Notes: generated by a model not told the origin, from the letters alone. 64,000 bases of DNA from a bacterium (GCA_043800535.1 JAZDMV010000023.1:111186-175185); one strand, 5' to 3'; positions 1-10,299 are shown, counted from the first letter of the stretch. Program-made: numbers and translations.

Positions 1-450
1 TTTTATAAAACTTGTCAGCACAATTAAAAACTTCGCTTTCTGCCAAATCTTCCTGTGAGATTTTTTGATTTTTTCTGGTAGAGAATGGACTTCCAGTGCA
101 AAATCCTCGAAAAATAAACCAGCTGCCCGCTCGCGCGTGTATAAAATATCATAACTTTTGCCTGACAAATAAATTCTTGCCGCGATCAAAAAACTGGCTA
201 ACCTGATCCAGAAATTAAAACGGCCGGCACTGCCGGGATTCAGATCCAGACAAAACAACTGCGTTATTTTAAAATTATCTTTTACGCCGTAATGTGCAAA
301 AAAATCTTCTTTTAAATTTGATGACCGCCGGGGAACCACCAGCTCAACCTCCAGCCCGTTTGCGCCAAACGCCTCGCACATCTTCATTATCTGAATTTCG
401 TGAGCCCAGTTTGCCGGCAAACCGATATTGGCTAAATAGATTAGTTTCAT
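1..450 (-). CDS. Glycosyltransferase family 4 (N-terminal ~150 aa only; the gene continues past the window start)
   Basis: Minus-strand ATG at 450-448 overlaps the gmd stop as ATGA. The translation MKLIYLANIGLPANWAHEIQIMKMCEAFGANGLEVELVVP has the N-terminal GT4 fold signature. The ORF runs open to position 1. Confidence 0.55.
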   Translation of the reverse strand, partial: MKLIYLANIGLPANWAHEIQIMKMCEAFGANGLEVELVVPRRSSNLKEDFFAHYGVKDNFKITQLFCLDLNPGSAGRFNFWIRLASFLIAARIYLSGKSYDILYTRERAAGLFFEDFALEVHSLPEKIKKSHRKIWQKAKFLIVLTSFIK

Positions 451-1451
451 ATGTGCTTCAAAAATTGCTGGCTGTGTTTTAACGGTTCCCGATATTTTTC
501 CAGATCCGCCTCAACCATCATTTTGACCAGTTCCTTAAAGGTGACTTTCGGCTGCCAGCCAAGTTTTTCTCTGGCTTTTGATGGGTCACCCAAAAGATAT
601 TGCACGTCATTTGGCCGATAGAACTTTTTATCCGTCTCTACATATTGGCTCCAATCAAGACCAATACAACCAAAGGCCTCCTGGCAGAACTCTTTGACAG
701 TGTGAGATTCCCCTGTGGCAATAACATAATCATCGGCTTCTTTTTGCTGCAGCATCAACCACATTGCTTTAACATAATCGCCGGCAAATCCCCAATCCCG
801 TTTGGCCTCAAGATTCCCCAAATAGATCTTGTCGCTATAGCCCATTTTAATCCGGGCTGCTCCATCGGTGATTTTTCTGGTCACAAATTCAACCCCCCTA
901 ATGGGTGACTCATGGTTGAATAAGATGCCGGAGCAGGCAAATAGGCCGTAGCCTTTGCGATAGCTTTTGGTGACCCAGTGGGCATAGAGCTTGGCCGCCG
1001 CATACGGACTGTTTGGCTCAAAAGGTGTATTCTCGTTTTGTGGCGGCGGCGCGTCACCGAACAATTCCGAGGTTGAGGCCTGATAAAATCTTATTTTTGG
1101 ATCCAATATGCGGATAGAATCCAGGATCCTTGTGACGCCAAGACCCGTTATTTCTCCCGTGGCGATTGCTTCATCAAACGAGACGCCGACAAAGCTTTGG
1201 GCGGCCAGATTATAGATCTCATCGGGCTCACACTGCTTGATGGCGGATAAAATGGAGGTCTGGTCAAGCAAGTCCAGCGGAATGAGTTCGATGTTCTTTT
1301 TGACATCAAGATAATGCAGGCGCCAAAAATTTCTGGTGCTTGAACGCCTATAGCCGCCATAAACTTTGTATCCTTTCTCGATCAAAAATTTGGCCAGATA
1401 CGGCCCGTCCTGGCCGGTAATGCCTGTGATTAAAGCGCGTTTGTTGAACAT
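447..1451 (-). CDS. gmd: GDP-mannose 4,6-dehydratase
   Basis: Rossmann N-terminus ALITGITGQDGPYLAKFLIEKGY. YAAAKLY is the SDR YxxxK motif. Length 334 aa is typical for Gmd. Confidence 0.9.
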   Translation of the reverse strand: MFNKRALITGITGQDGPYLAKFLIEKGYKVYGGYRRSSTRNFWRLHYLDVKKNIELIPLDLLDQTSILSAIKQCEPDEIYNLAAQSFVGVSFDEAIATGEITGLGVTRILDSIRILDPKIRFYQASTSELFGDAPPPQNENTPFEPNSPYAAAKLYAHWVTKSYRKGYGLFACSGILFNHESPIRGVEFVTRKITDGAARIKMGYSDKIYLGNLEAKRDWGFAGDYVKAMWLMLQQKEADDYVIATGESHTVKEFCQEAFGCIGLDWSQYVETDKKFYRPNDVQYLLGDPSKAREKLGWQPKVTFKELVKMMVEADLEKYREPLKHSQQFLKHI

Positions 1452-1492
1452 AGTTTTTTTTAATTTTAATAATAAATTTGTCTTTTAATATT

Positions 1493-3058
1493 CTATTCCC
1501 AGCCCAAAATTTCGGGAATTTTATCTTTTATCTTTTCGTAATTGCGCTCTTTGATGATATCGTAGGCCAAATTAAAAATTTTCATCACGTCTTCTTTGCT
1601 AAAATCCTTGGTCTGAACCACCGGCATATCGGGCCTCAATCTCAGCTTATCAAGCTCAAGATTGTTGTCCAGTGCCCCCATTTCCTGGGCCATTTGGAAT
1701 GCTTTGGTGCCGGGCAATGGTTGAAAAACATAGAATCTGGCTCCATCCATGCCCGATTCAAAGGCGAATTTTAACGTTTTTATCATGGTCTGACGCGTCT
1801 CGCCCGGATAGCCAAAGATAAAAAATCCACGGGTGCGCAAGCCAACCTCTTTTGCCTGCGCAATAATTTCTTTAATTTTTTCTAGCCTCAGGTTTTTACA
1901 GATGACTTTATCCAAAAATTCCTGGTCGCCATTTTCAACGCCAAACTGCAATTCTCTCAAGCCAGCTTTATATAGATATTCAAGGGCTTCTTTGTCAAGC
2001 GAAGGGAGAAAAACGCCGCTGGGCGTGACCAAGCGGACATTATGTTTGCGTTCAATAATACCCTTGCATATCTCAATGGTCCGGGATTTTGAAACGGTAA
2101 AATTATCGTCAACGATAACGATCTCTTTGGCGCCGTGCTTAACTAAAATGTCGATTTCGTCCAAAACATTTTTTGAAGAACGTATCCGATAAGTTTCTCC
2201 CCAAACCGCGTGAATGGCACAAAAGGTGCATCGGTTAGGGCAGCCGCGGCTGGTAATAATAAAACCGTGGGGCATAAAAAGCGCTTTTGGCTTGTTTCTG
2301 TGCCGCCAATTGAAAAATCTGGCAAAAATATAGCGAATTCCGGGGACAGAAAGAGACGCGTATAAAATCCAGCTTTTTACAAGCTTCTTTAAATTAAAAT
2401 GCCTGGAATAACCATAACCGGCTGGCTTTGAATAATTATAAAGTCCAAGAGAGCCGCGATGCGGAAAAATAATTTTATCAAGGTCTGTTTGAACAGGCCG
2501 CGCCTGATTATAAATAATTTCGCCCGAACCGAGTTTACGGAAACAAATTCCTTTGACCGCTGCCAGATTATCTAAATTGTCCGCCAGGTCAACCGCCGTT
2601 TCCTCCCCTTCTCCCAAAACAATCGCGTCAAAGCTTTTGCACTCGCGCATAACCTCGGCCTTGTAAGAAGAAGGGAACGCTCCTCCGCCAAAAACGAAAA
2701 TGTCCTTGTCAGCTTCTTTTGCCAGGTCAGCTGTTTGATAAAAAGAGCTTGCCTGGGCGTAAAACATACCCGAAATCCCGATAATATCCGGCTTAAATTT
2801 TTTGACCTCTTTTGCAATGTGCCGTTTTTCGCTGCCGCAGTGAAAAAGATTTTTTTCAGGCAAAAACCGCACGTTTCTTGGATGCTCGACCAGACAGTCA
2901 TAAATTTTGACTTCGTGGCCATGAGCCAACAATGCTGACTGGATATATTGCAGGCCCAATGGTTCAAAGGGCAAAAAAACCAACTCATTTTCCTGCATTT
3001 CAAAAAAGGGCCTGACCAGCAAAATTCGGTGTTTCCCTTTTTTAAAAACATCATTCAT
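1493..3058 (-). CDS. B12-binding domain radical SAM protein (class B radical SAM, methyltransferase-like)
   Basis: N-terminal cobalamin-binding Rossmann-like region (ILLVRP...LGLQYIQSALLAHGHEV). Radical SAM cluster motif CPNRCTFC (CxxxCxxC). Confidence 0.85.
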   Translation of the reverse strand: MNDVFKKGKHRILLVRPFFEMQENELVFLPFEPLGLQYIQSALLAHGHEVKIYDCLVEHPRNVRFLPEKNLFHCGSEKRHIAKEVKKFKPDIIGISGMFYAQASSFYQTADLAKEADKDIFVFGGGAFPSSYKAEVMRECKSFDAIVLGEGEETAVDLADNLDNLAAVKGICFRKLGSGEIIYNQARPVQTDLDKIIFPHRGSLGLYNYSKPAGYGYSRHFNLKKLVKSWILYASLSVPGIRYIFARFFNWRHRNKPKALFMPHGFIITSRGCPNRCTFCAIHAVWGETYRIRSSKNVLDEIDILVKHGAKEIVIVDDNFTVSKSRTIEICKGIIERKHNVRLVTPSGVFLPSLDKEALEYLYKAGLRELQFGVENGDQEFLDKVICKNLRLEKIKEIIAQAKEVGLRTRGFFIFGYPGETRQTMIKTLKFAFESGMDGARFYVFQPLPGTKAFQMAQEMGALDNNLELDKLRLRPDMPVVQTKDFSKEDVMKIFNLAYDIIKERNYEKIKDKIPEILGWE

Positions 3059-4178
3059 CGGCTAATACACGCTTAAAATTACGGCAGATGAAACTGACTT
3101 GCTTTTCGGTCAGAAGCGTACTGCTTGGCAGACTGATACCGTGCTGATAGGCATATTCAGCATTGGGAAATTTTTGGTTCATGGCATACGGCTGAAAAGG
3201 TTTTTGCAGGTGCAGCGGCTTAAAAAACGGACGGGAGGCAACCCCTTTCTCTGAGAGCTTCTGGCGAACAGCGTCTATATCTTTATTTATTAACACACTG
3301 AAAAGCCAGCAGACGGCCTCGGCTTTTTTATCATTTGAAAGCTGAAAAGTAATGCTAGGGCAATTGGCCAGCAATTTTTCATAAAGCAATTTCATCGTCT
3401 TGCGCGCCTTAAGAAATTTCTGGAATCTTTCAAATTGAGCGCAACCAACAGCCGCTTGAAGATTCGTCATCCTGTAATTGTAGCCAACCACTTCGTGGTC
3501 ATAAACGCCCCGCGAACGCATTCCATGGTTCTTTAAAATGGCCATTTTTTCGTATAGTTCCTGGCTATCGGAAAGACAAACTCCGCCTTCGCCTGTTGTC
3601 AAAATTTTATTACCGTAAAAAGAAAAACAGCTGACTTCGCCAAAGTTGCCGACCGGTTTGCCACCAAAAAAGGCGCCGTGCGATTCAGCTGCATCTTCTA
3701 TCAAAAAGATCTTATGCGCTTTACACCAATGAACAATATAATCGTAATCGCATGGCATACCGTAAGTATCAACTGCTATCAATGCTTTAGTCCTCTTGGT
3801 CAATTTTTTATCCAATTCTTTTACGTCAAGATTCCAGTCGTTTTTATTGATATCGACAAAAACCAGCTTTGCGCCGCAATGGATGACAACCGCGGCCGGC
3901 GCGGCAAAAGTAAAAACTGGCACAATGACTTCGTCCCCTGGCCCAATACCCAGGGCCAGCAGGGCCAGATGCAAAGCCGTAGTTCCGCTTGAACAGCTTA
4001 ACGCAAATTTACGCCCAAAATTTTTGGCGGCCAAAACCTCAAACCTGTCAATATATTTTCCGGCCGAAGAAACTCTGCCTTCATTTTTTATCGCATCAAT
4101 CAGATATTTTACCTCGTTGCCTGAAAGGTCCGGTGCGGCCACTGGTATTTTTTTCATATTTTTATTTGTGCTTAGCAA
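3051..4178 (-). CDS. DegT/DnrJ/EryC1/StrS family PLP-dependent sugar aminotransferase
   Basis: FSFYGNKILTTGEGGV contains the conserved PLP-lysine motif. 375 aa. Overlaps its neighbours by 8 and 17 nt. Confidence 0.85.
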   Translation of the reverse strand: MLSTNKNMKKIPVAAPDLSGNEVKYLIDAIKNEGRVSSAGKYIDRFEVLAAKNFGRKFALSCSSGTTALHLALLALGIGPGDEVIVPVFTFAAPAAVVIHCGAKLVFVDINKNDWNLDVKELDKKLTKRTKALIAVDTYGMPCDYDYIVHWCKAHKIFLIEDAAESHGAFFGGKPVGNFGEVSCFSFYGNKILTTGEGGVCLSDSQELYEKMAILKNHGMRSRGVYDHEVVGYNYRMTNLQAAVGCAQFERFQKFLKARKTMKLLYEKLLANCPSITFQLSNDKKAEAVCWLFSVLINKDIDAVRQKLSEKGVASRPFFKPLHLQKPFQPYAMNQKFPNAEYAYQHGISLPSSTLLTEKQVSFICRNFKRVLADE

Positions 4179-4989
4179 TTATCGTCATGCTTTCCAATTC
4201 TCCTTCACGCTGAATACCCCTGAATTTTCCGCTGGGGAAAATATCAATTATTGATAAACCGACCTTATTTAATATTTTTTTTATTGACCTCTCTGTAAAA
4301 TGCCAGGTATGGTCAACTAAAGATAACCAAGGTCCTTGAGCACTCATTTTAGGAATCCGAATAACAAAAATTCCGTCTTGAGCCAAAAGTGGTTTTATTT
4401 TTTTAATAAACGATGATGGATTCTGAACGTGCTCAAGAAGGCTGTACATCGCGATAACATCGTAACGACTCTTTCTCAAAGAGTTGGTAAAAGAACCTTG
4501 CGGAGGAGAAAAAACCACTTTCAGCCCTTTTTTTTGACAAATTTTTATCGCTTCTTTTGAAAATTCAACGCCATCGGTTGTCTTAAAACCTTTTTCTTTG
4601 GCCGCTATCAAGGTGTGGCCGTAAGCGCAGCCAACCTCTAAAATCGACTCTGGATTCTTTTTGTATTTTAAAATTTCTTCTACCCTTATCTTGGCGATGG
4701 CCGTTGATTTTTCGTCGCTAACCGTTAACCCATACATATCGTCCGTACCTTTAAAATAAGAGGGGTGGTTATAGAGGCTGTCCAGATATTCTGGGCCTGG
4801 CTGAGGGAAAAGGAATAATAAATCATCAGCGACACAATGCCTGATCCTGTAAGTCTCTGCGTTGATGCTGAAAATAAATCTATCCGCTGTTTTATTTTTT
4901 CCGCGACAAAGGCAACAGCGCACAAAATGGCTGTCTTGAGATTTCAGCCACGGGTATTTTAAATTTAATTGGGGAAGATTTTTTTTCAT
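4162..4989 (-). CDS. Class I SAM-dependent methyltransferase (Cys-rich N-terminus)
   Basis: SAM-binding motif I ILEVGCAYGHTL. An acidic motif follows. The N-terminus carries a CCLC...C...C cluster. Confidence 0.7.
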   Translation of the reverse strand: MKKNLPQLNLKYPWLKSQDSHFVRCCLCRGKNKTADRFIFSINAETYRIRHCVADDLLFLFPQPGPEYLDSLYNHPSYFKGTDDMYGLTVSDEKSTAIAKIRVEEILKYKKNPESILEVGCAYGHTLIAAKEKGFKTTDGVEFSKEAIKICQKKGLKVVFSPPQGSFTNSLRKSRYDVIAMYSLLEHVQNPSSFIKKIKPLLAQDGIFVIRIPKMSAQGPWLSLVDHTWHFTERSIKKILNKVGLSIIDIFPSGKFRGIQREGELESMTIIAKHK

Positions 4990-6248
4990 TTCTGATTAAG
5001 CAGCTTTAATATTTCTCCGTACAGCAAGGCCGCTGTATTTTTTATATCAAATAAGGTCTTTGCCTTCGCAATATTGTTCTCTCTGAATACTTTCCTTTCT
5101 TCATCGCTCAAATGCCTCGTTTTTTCCAAGGCGTCGGCTATAGCCTGCCTATCGCCCAAAGGCACCAGAAAGCCGTTCTTTCCGTTTTCAATCGCTTCTT
5201 TGATGCCGCCGACGTCATAAGCGACAATCGGCAAACCAATAGACATTGCTTCTTTCATCGCCATGCCCATACACTGACGAATAGTGGTAGCTGTCACGCA
5301 GAAACAATCCATTGCCGAATAAAGCCGCGCCAAAGTTTCTTCAGTTAAGCCCTGAAATATAAATAATGAATCTAAGGGAAAATTCATTTCCTTGGCGTGT
5401 TTCCACATTTCTTCTGATGACCCCATTCCGCACAAAATAATAGCCATTTCTTTTAATTTTTCTGGTGCCAATTTCAATAAGGCCTCAAAAATATGTTCAT
5501 GTCCTTTTCGCATTGTCAGGGCCCCTACTGACATAACTAAAAATTTATCGTCCGGCAAATTAAACTCCTTCCTCGCGGCTCGCTTATCATTGATCATCTG
5601 CCCGTTAAAAATATCAAAATTCACACCGCTGTAAACTATCCTTATTTTGTCTGGATTTATTGAATACTTTCTCGGACCTTCGGTGCAGTGTTCGCTCGGC
5701 GGCACAACAAGGTCAACCCCGTTTACCAAATAGTTCCATAATGCCGCTTCGTCCTTGTATTGAAGCTCTGCATAATTTTCCAAAATGACCGGCAGCTTAT
5801 GTCGTTTTGCGATTTTCAAGGCGACCAGGCTTTGCAGACCGGCAGTCTCTGTAATGATGATGTCAGGCTTGATACTTTTGATGTTCTGATCCAGATATAC
5901 GGCGCGCCCGGCACAATAAAGAAATCTGGCAAAAATAAATTCCCGAGATAATTTCAATTGTGAATATAACGCCTGAATGAATACACCCGGACCGACAAGA
6001 AAATTTTTAAGCACATACCACAATTTATCAATAATGTCCGGCGTCTTTAAAAAATCATAAAAATACTGCGCTCCTGCTTCAAGGTCTTCTTCCATCTCAT
6101 GCTTTTGCCGGATATGGATAAAAACCTGCGCGCCGTAAGTATTCCATATCTTTGCGTGCAGAAGACAGCGTTTAATAATCCCGCCATAGGGCGGTGGCAA
6201 GCTTTCTCCGTTATCGCCGGTGATCAGAATCTTCATCTGATTATGCAT
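4986..6248 (-). CDS. Glycosyltransferase family 4
   Basis: C-terminal GT-B motif MKEAMSIGLPIVAYDVGGIKEAIENGKNGFLV. 420 aa. Confidence 0.8.
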   Translation of the reverse strand: MHNQMKILITGDNGESLPPPYGGIIKRCLLHAKIWNTYGAQVFIHIRQKHEMEEDLEAGAQYFYDFLKTPDIIDKLWYVLKNFLVGPGVFIQALYSQLKLSREFIFARFLYCAGRAVYLDQNIKSIKPDIIITETAGLQSLVALKIAKRHKLPVILENYAELQYKDEAALWNYLVNGVDLVVPPSEHCTEGPRKYSINPDKIRIVYSGVNFDIFNGQMINDKRAARKEFNLPDDKFLVMSVGALTMRKGHEHIFEALLKLAPEKLKEMAIILCGMGSSEEMWKHAKEMNFPLDSLFIFQGLTEETLARLYSAMDCFCVTATTIRQCMGMAMKEAMSIGLPIVAYDVGGIKEAIENGKNGFLVPLGDRQAIADALEKTRHLSDEERKVFRENNIAKAKTLFDIKNTAALLYGEILKLLNQK

Positions 6249-6326
6249 AATTTACTGTCAATTTAAGCACTCAAATTACATCACTATATTCGCATTTTTT
6301 GAGGTTTTTGTAAAGTTTTATGGACA

Positions 6327-6369
6327 CCTAAAATAAAAGGCTCAGAACTATTTTGAATAGTCCTGAGCC
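6327..6369 (-). terminator. Rho-independent terminator downstream of the 6378-7385 gene
   Basis: Hairpin ggctcag(17-nt loop)ctgagcc. It is followed on the minus strand by ttttatttt. Confidence 0.55.
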
Positions 6370-6377
6370 AAATTTGA

Positions 6378-7385
6378 TTAAATCATTCCTGGGCCTCTCG
6401 TGACCCAAGCATGGATAGCAATAAGGGCAGAGCGCGACTCAGTTGGATTCATGAAATCGCTGTCGATCACCTCAACCGTAGCTGAAATTTCCTGAGAGGA
6501 AGCGTTGATATATCTCACCAGTTCAATAAAATTTTCCTCTCCAATATTTCCCTCACCAGGAATTAGACCCTCTCTGAACCGACAAGTTCCCTCCCGCCAG
6601 ATACCCCAGACGTCAGACATATGGATATGAGGCGTCACGTCCTGCACTTGCTTATAGACATTTACCAAATTACCTTGCGCGCTTAATGTGCCCCAGTGAC
6701 ACGTATCGAATGTCATAAGAAACCCGTTCTTTTTAACGAATCCCCTTATCTCTAAGGGATCCGCGAACAAGGGATCGTAGACCATGTCATTGGAGGAAAA
6801 GAATGTATCGCCCATAAGAGGTACTGGCATGTTCTCGATGGCCAGCCCAACTCCCTGCTTTTTGACCCGCGAAAGGTTTCCAGCGACTTCCGAAAGAAGC
6901 TGGAGTCTATCACGATCAGTCAACCCCTCCATTTCTGCATGGCTCATAAGTGTCTCGGCGTGGACGTTTACCAAACTAGCGCCAATCCTGCTCGCGAGCG
7001 CGAAAACCTCATTGAGGATTTCCACGCTTTCAGGTCGCGAAAGATTGGTCGGCGCAGCCTCGTAATTATCACGGGTCACAGGCGCGTGGACCACGATCCG
7101 TTGCAGAGAAATCTCCTTTCTTGCTGCCTCCAGATTTTTGATGGTGTCATCCGCTTTTGAAACGGTGACAAAATTATCCAACGGCCCCACGATCTCAAGA
7201 CCCGTTGAGACACATAAATGCCGGTATCTCTCAATATGATCAAAGTCTCGAAGGCCCTTCAAAAGATCTACCCTTGTCGCCACATCCTTCTCCTTACTCG
7301 CCCTACAGGGCGTGCAGATAACGATCATCTCCAGTCCCTCCTTTTTTGCTATGGATTTTAGGTACAATCCAATATTATATACCAC
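6378..7385 (-). CDS. Sugar phosphate isomerase/epimerase, xylose-isomerase-like TIM barrel family
   Basis: Metal-ligand style motifs VVHAPV, VNVHAE, LAIENMP and FDTCHWG. The true start may be the internal MIVICTP. Confidence 0.55.
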   Translation of the reverse strand: MVYNIGLYLKSIAKKEGLEMIVICTPCRASKEKDVATRVDLLKGLRDFDHIERYRHLCVSTGLEIVGPLDNFVTVSKADDTIKNLEAARKEISLQRIVVHAPVTRDNYEAAPTNLSRPESVEILNEVFALASRIGASLVNVHAETLMSHAEMEGLTDRDRLQLLSEVAGNLSRVKKQGVGLAIENMPVPLMGDTFFSSNDMVYDPLFADPLEIRGFVKKNGFLMTFDTCHWGTLSAQGNLVNVYKQVQDVTPHIHMSDVWGIWREGTCRFREGLIPGEGNIGEENFIELVRYINASSQEISATVEVIDSDFMNPTESRSALIAIHAWVTRGPGMI

Positions 7386-7498
7386 CGATGACTAAAAGTC
7401 AAGAGCAAACAAAAAAGCCCATATACCTTAAAAATACACGGGCTTTCATATTTTTTATCAGTTGTCTTATCTTTGCTGTCCTAATTACGGAACTATCC

Positions 7499-8899
7499 TC
7501 ATATCCTCTGATAAACTTTGTAAACGCCAAATTCTTTGAGTAGGGCGTATTTTTTATCCAAAACATCCTGATATTGCACGGCATATTCGTCGCCTTTCCA
7601 CAAAACTATAAGTTCGGGCAATTTGTCATCTGAAAACGAAAGCGGATTCTCCCCTATCTGGCGGACGTCGGAAATGACGTGATATTTTTTTTCGGGCGGG
7701 ATAAACGCCGCCACCTGAGAAAGATTAATGATGCCGACGCTCTGGGCGGAGCGGCTGTTCACGAATGAAGACACCTCCTGGGGCCTGGTTGAATAAGCGA
7801 TATCTGAAAAAAAGAACAGCTGGACAACCTGAACTGAAATTAAAATGCCGCAAAAGACCAGTGCCTGCCACTTCTTAAAGATAAGTAAAAAAGAGGGGTA
7901 AATCAAAATAAGCGTTAAAAGCTCCAGGGCAAAAAGATATCTGAACCAGCCGGGGCTGCGCAAAAAATAAATAATAACAAGCGCGCCATAAATGCAGAAA
8001 AATAAAAAGGATTTCTGCCATATTTCCGGGATCGCTTTCCTGTGTCTGACAAAAGCGAAAACAGCCGCAAAGATCAAAAGAGAAAAATAGATCAGCGTGG
8101 TTTGCGAAAAGAACCCGGAAACATTATTCAAAAAATTAGTCGTCAGCGAAGGTGAATCAATGAACGGATTCTGATAAAGCTTATAAATATTTATCCAGCC
8201 GCCCACGGAAAAGAAATCCGGAATGATGAAAATAAAATATAAAAGCACGGGTAAAAAGCCGCCTGCCGCAAATTTAACTATTTTAAAAATTATATCCTTG
8301 CGAAAAAATAAAACATAGATTAAAAAAACCAGGGGTAAAGCGTGATAAATTGAGGGCTTGGCGGCCAAAGCCAGGCCGAAAAACAACCCAACCAACCAAT
8401 AATTCTCTCTTTTTATCAGATAATACAAACCCAGAAGCAAAAAGACAAAGCCCGGCACCTCTCCGGTCACGGGCCGGCCAATGCCAAAAAAAGAAGCGAA
8501 AGTGACGCATAATAATAAAGCATAAATAGCCGCCGGCTTGCCAAAAAAAGACCGCGTGACAAAATAAATCGTTGCTAGGGCGGCCAGGAGCCACAAAATC
8601 ATAAAGATCCTGGCCTGATCCCAGCCGAATCCAAAAATGGAGAAAAATCCCGCCAGAGGGACCATGGCCGGATAATTGCTTGTGACCAGAGTATAGGAAG
8701 CATTTGAAAATATCCCGGGAGCGGTTTGGATGTCCAGTTTGCCAAATAAAGAAAAATTTTGCGCCGCCTCAATATTAAAAGCTTCGTCAGGCCAGATGCT
8801 TGGTTTGGTCGCCAAGTTGTTCAGAGAAAAAACGACAACAAAAGCAAAAACCATTGTCAGTATCAGGACCTCATAATTTTTTTTAAAAAAATCAGCCAT
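7499..8899 (-). CDS. Polytopic membrane glycosyltransferase, GT-C fold (ArnT/PMT, GT39/GT83-like)
   Basis: More than 10 predicted TM helices. DE-type motif IWPDEAF lies in the first loop. AAKPSIYHALPL resembles the ArnT KPPL region. Confidence 0.5.
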   Translation of the reverse strand: MADFFKKNYEVLILTMVFAFVVVFSLNNLATKPSIWPDEAFNIEAAQNFSLFGKLDIQTAPGIFSNASYTLVTSNYPAMVPLAGFFSIFGFGWDQARIFMILWLLAALATIYFVTRSFFGKPAAIYALLLCVTFASFFGIGRPVTGEVPGFVFLLLGLYYLIKRENYWLVGLFFGLALAAKPSIYHALPLVFLIYVLFFRKDIIFKIVKFAAGGFLPVLLYFIFIIPDFFSVGGWINIYKLYQNPFIDSPSLTTNFLNNVSGFFSQTTLIYFSLLIFAAVFAFVRHRKAIPEIWQKSFLFFCIYGALVIIYFLRSPGWFRYLFALELLTLILIYPSFLLIFKKWQALVFCGILISVQVVQLFFFSDIAYSTRPQEVSSFVNSRSAQSVGIINLSQVAAFIPPEKKYHVISDVRQIGENPLSFSDDKLPELIVLWKGDEYAVQYQDVLDKKYALLKEFGVYKVYQRI

Positions 8900-9554
8900 T
8901 TTCTTTTAAAAACAAAATTGAACAATACCAAGAAAAGTTAATCGGCAGCCATCTGGGAAAAATTATCATTTTTTCAACTCTAAAATGTTTTTTTGCCGCC
9001 TCAATGATGTCTTTGTGGCTAGAAGGATGCATCGCTCTGGGGTTCCATTCTTTTTTGCTCCAGCCAAATGTCTGGAAAAAAAAATCCGTTATCATATTGC
9101 GCACGGGAAAGGAAATCACTGCTTTACCGCTTTTTTGCATAACCCTTTTGACTTCAAGAAACGCCTTATCGAGATCATTCGGAAAAATGTGCTCAAAAAT
9201 GCTAACTGCCACCACTCCGTCAAAAAACTCATCCTGATATGGTAATTCAAGAACCGAGCCCTGCAAAAGTTCCGCTTTGACCCCCATTTTTGCAAGCATC
9301 GCCTCAACATCAGGAATTTTTTCGTGGATATCTATTCCAAAAAGATTTTGAGAGCGGCGCGACAATTCCGGCAGAAGGATACCGCTACCAAAGCCGATCT
9401 CCAGCAAGTTTTTATAACTCTTGCCCAAAAGATCCAAGGTGTTCATCAGCCGCTTTTTAAAAACGTAGCCGACCAGAGGAACATAATGATAAAAAATCGG
9501 GTCTCCGGCGTCCGTTTTTAACATTTTTCTCCGCGGCGGCAATAGCATTTTCAT
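8892..9554 (-). CDS. Class I SAM-dependent methyltransferase
   Basis: Motif I LLEIGFGSGILL. Post-I acidic residue in FGIDIHE. Confidence 0.7.
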   Translation of the reverse strand: MKMLLPPRRKMLKTDAGDPIFYHYVPLVGYVFKKRLMNTLDLLGKSYKNLLEIGFGSGILLPELSRRSQNLFGIDIHEKIPDVEAMLAKMGVKAELLQGSVLELPYQDEFFDGVVAVSIFEHIFPNDLDKAFLEVKRVMQKSGKAVISFPVRNMITDFFFQTFGWSKKEWNPRAMHPSSHKDIIEAAKKHFRVEKMIIFPRWLPINFSWYCSILFLKENG

Positions 9555-9561
9555 AATATAT

Positions 9562-10299
9562 TTAGTATCGGGCTCTGATTATCAACGAACCAGAGGCCTC
9601 TCTAAGCACAGGGATTTTTTCCAAAGCCAATCCCAGTCCTGAAACTATTTTTATTAAAAACTGAGGGACAATAGGATGTAAAAAATCATAAGGCAGAACT
9701 TCAACATCTGAAAAATCTTGCCGTCTCAAAAATTTTGCCAACTTCCAGCGTAAAAAAGCTGTCTCTTCGGGCGAATTGAGCAACCAGCGGCCAAAAAATC
9801 TGATATTTCTTTCCAAAAAGATCTCCGGGTTCAGCATATTGGGCTCGGAAAAAAAGATTTTTCCTCCTCTTTTGAGCACCCGCCTTATCTCACGAAAAGT
9901 TTTTTCCATATCAATATGGTGCAAGATCGAATTCCCGACTACCGCATCAAAGGATTGGTCCAAAAAAGGCAGTCCACCCACGTCAGCTACGGCAAAAACA
10001 ACATTGGGGAGCGCCAGGGTTTTTTCCGCGAATCTGATTGATTCGCCTGAAATATCAATGGCCGCAATCTGGGCTGATGGCAGAACAGGGGGAAGATATT
10101 TGGTCAGGTCGCCTATGCCGCAGCCTATTTCCAATATCTTGAGCTGCCCGCCGCTCCCAAGATAATCCGCGATTAAGTTTGCCCGACGAATTAATCTCTG
10201 CTTGCCAGCTTCGGTCTGATGCCCCCACCAGCTTATTCCCTTATTTGTAACTAAATAGTCAAAATGCTCTGCTTCTTTAATTTTTGAATGTTCAATCAT
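9562..10299 (-). CDS. Class I SAM-dependent methyltransferase
   Basis: Motif I ILEIGCGIGDLT. AIDISGESI follows. Motif region DAVVGNSILHH. Confidence 0.75.
   Translation of the reverse strand: MIEHSKIKEAEHFDYLVTNKGISWWGHQTEAGKQRLIRRANLIADYLGSGGQLKILEIGCGIGDLTKYLPPVLPSAQIAAIDISGESIRFAEKTLALPNVVFAVADVGGLPFLDQSFDAVVGNSILHHIDMEKTFREIRRVLKRGGKIFFSEPNMLNPEIFLERNIRFFGRWLLNSPEETAFLRWKLAKFLRRQDFSDVEVLPYDFLHPIVPQFLIKIVSGLGLALEKIPVLREASGSLIIRARY

Noticed and set aside
600-908. Numerous 60-220 aa ORFs on the plus strand and in alternate minus frames, for example 600-908, 2572-3054, 8283-8594, 32431-33102, 58769-59350 and 59654-60241
   Set aside because: All are fully embedded in, and antisense or out of frame to, long conserved minus-strand genes. 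Their compositions are low-complexity mirrors of the real genes. They are spurious six-frame artefacts.
447-1451. Alternative genetic code (UGA recoding as in some candidate phyla)
   Set aside because: Well-conserved proteins such as Gmd and ClpB end at TGA, TAA or TAG at the expected positions. Gmd stops at a TGA that overlaps the next ATG. No conserved domain is interrupted by TGA, so the standard code applies.
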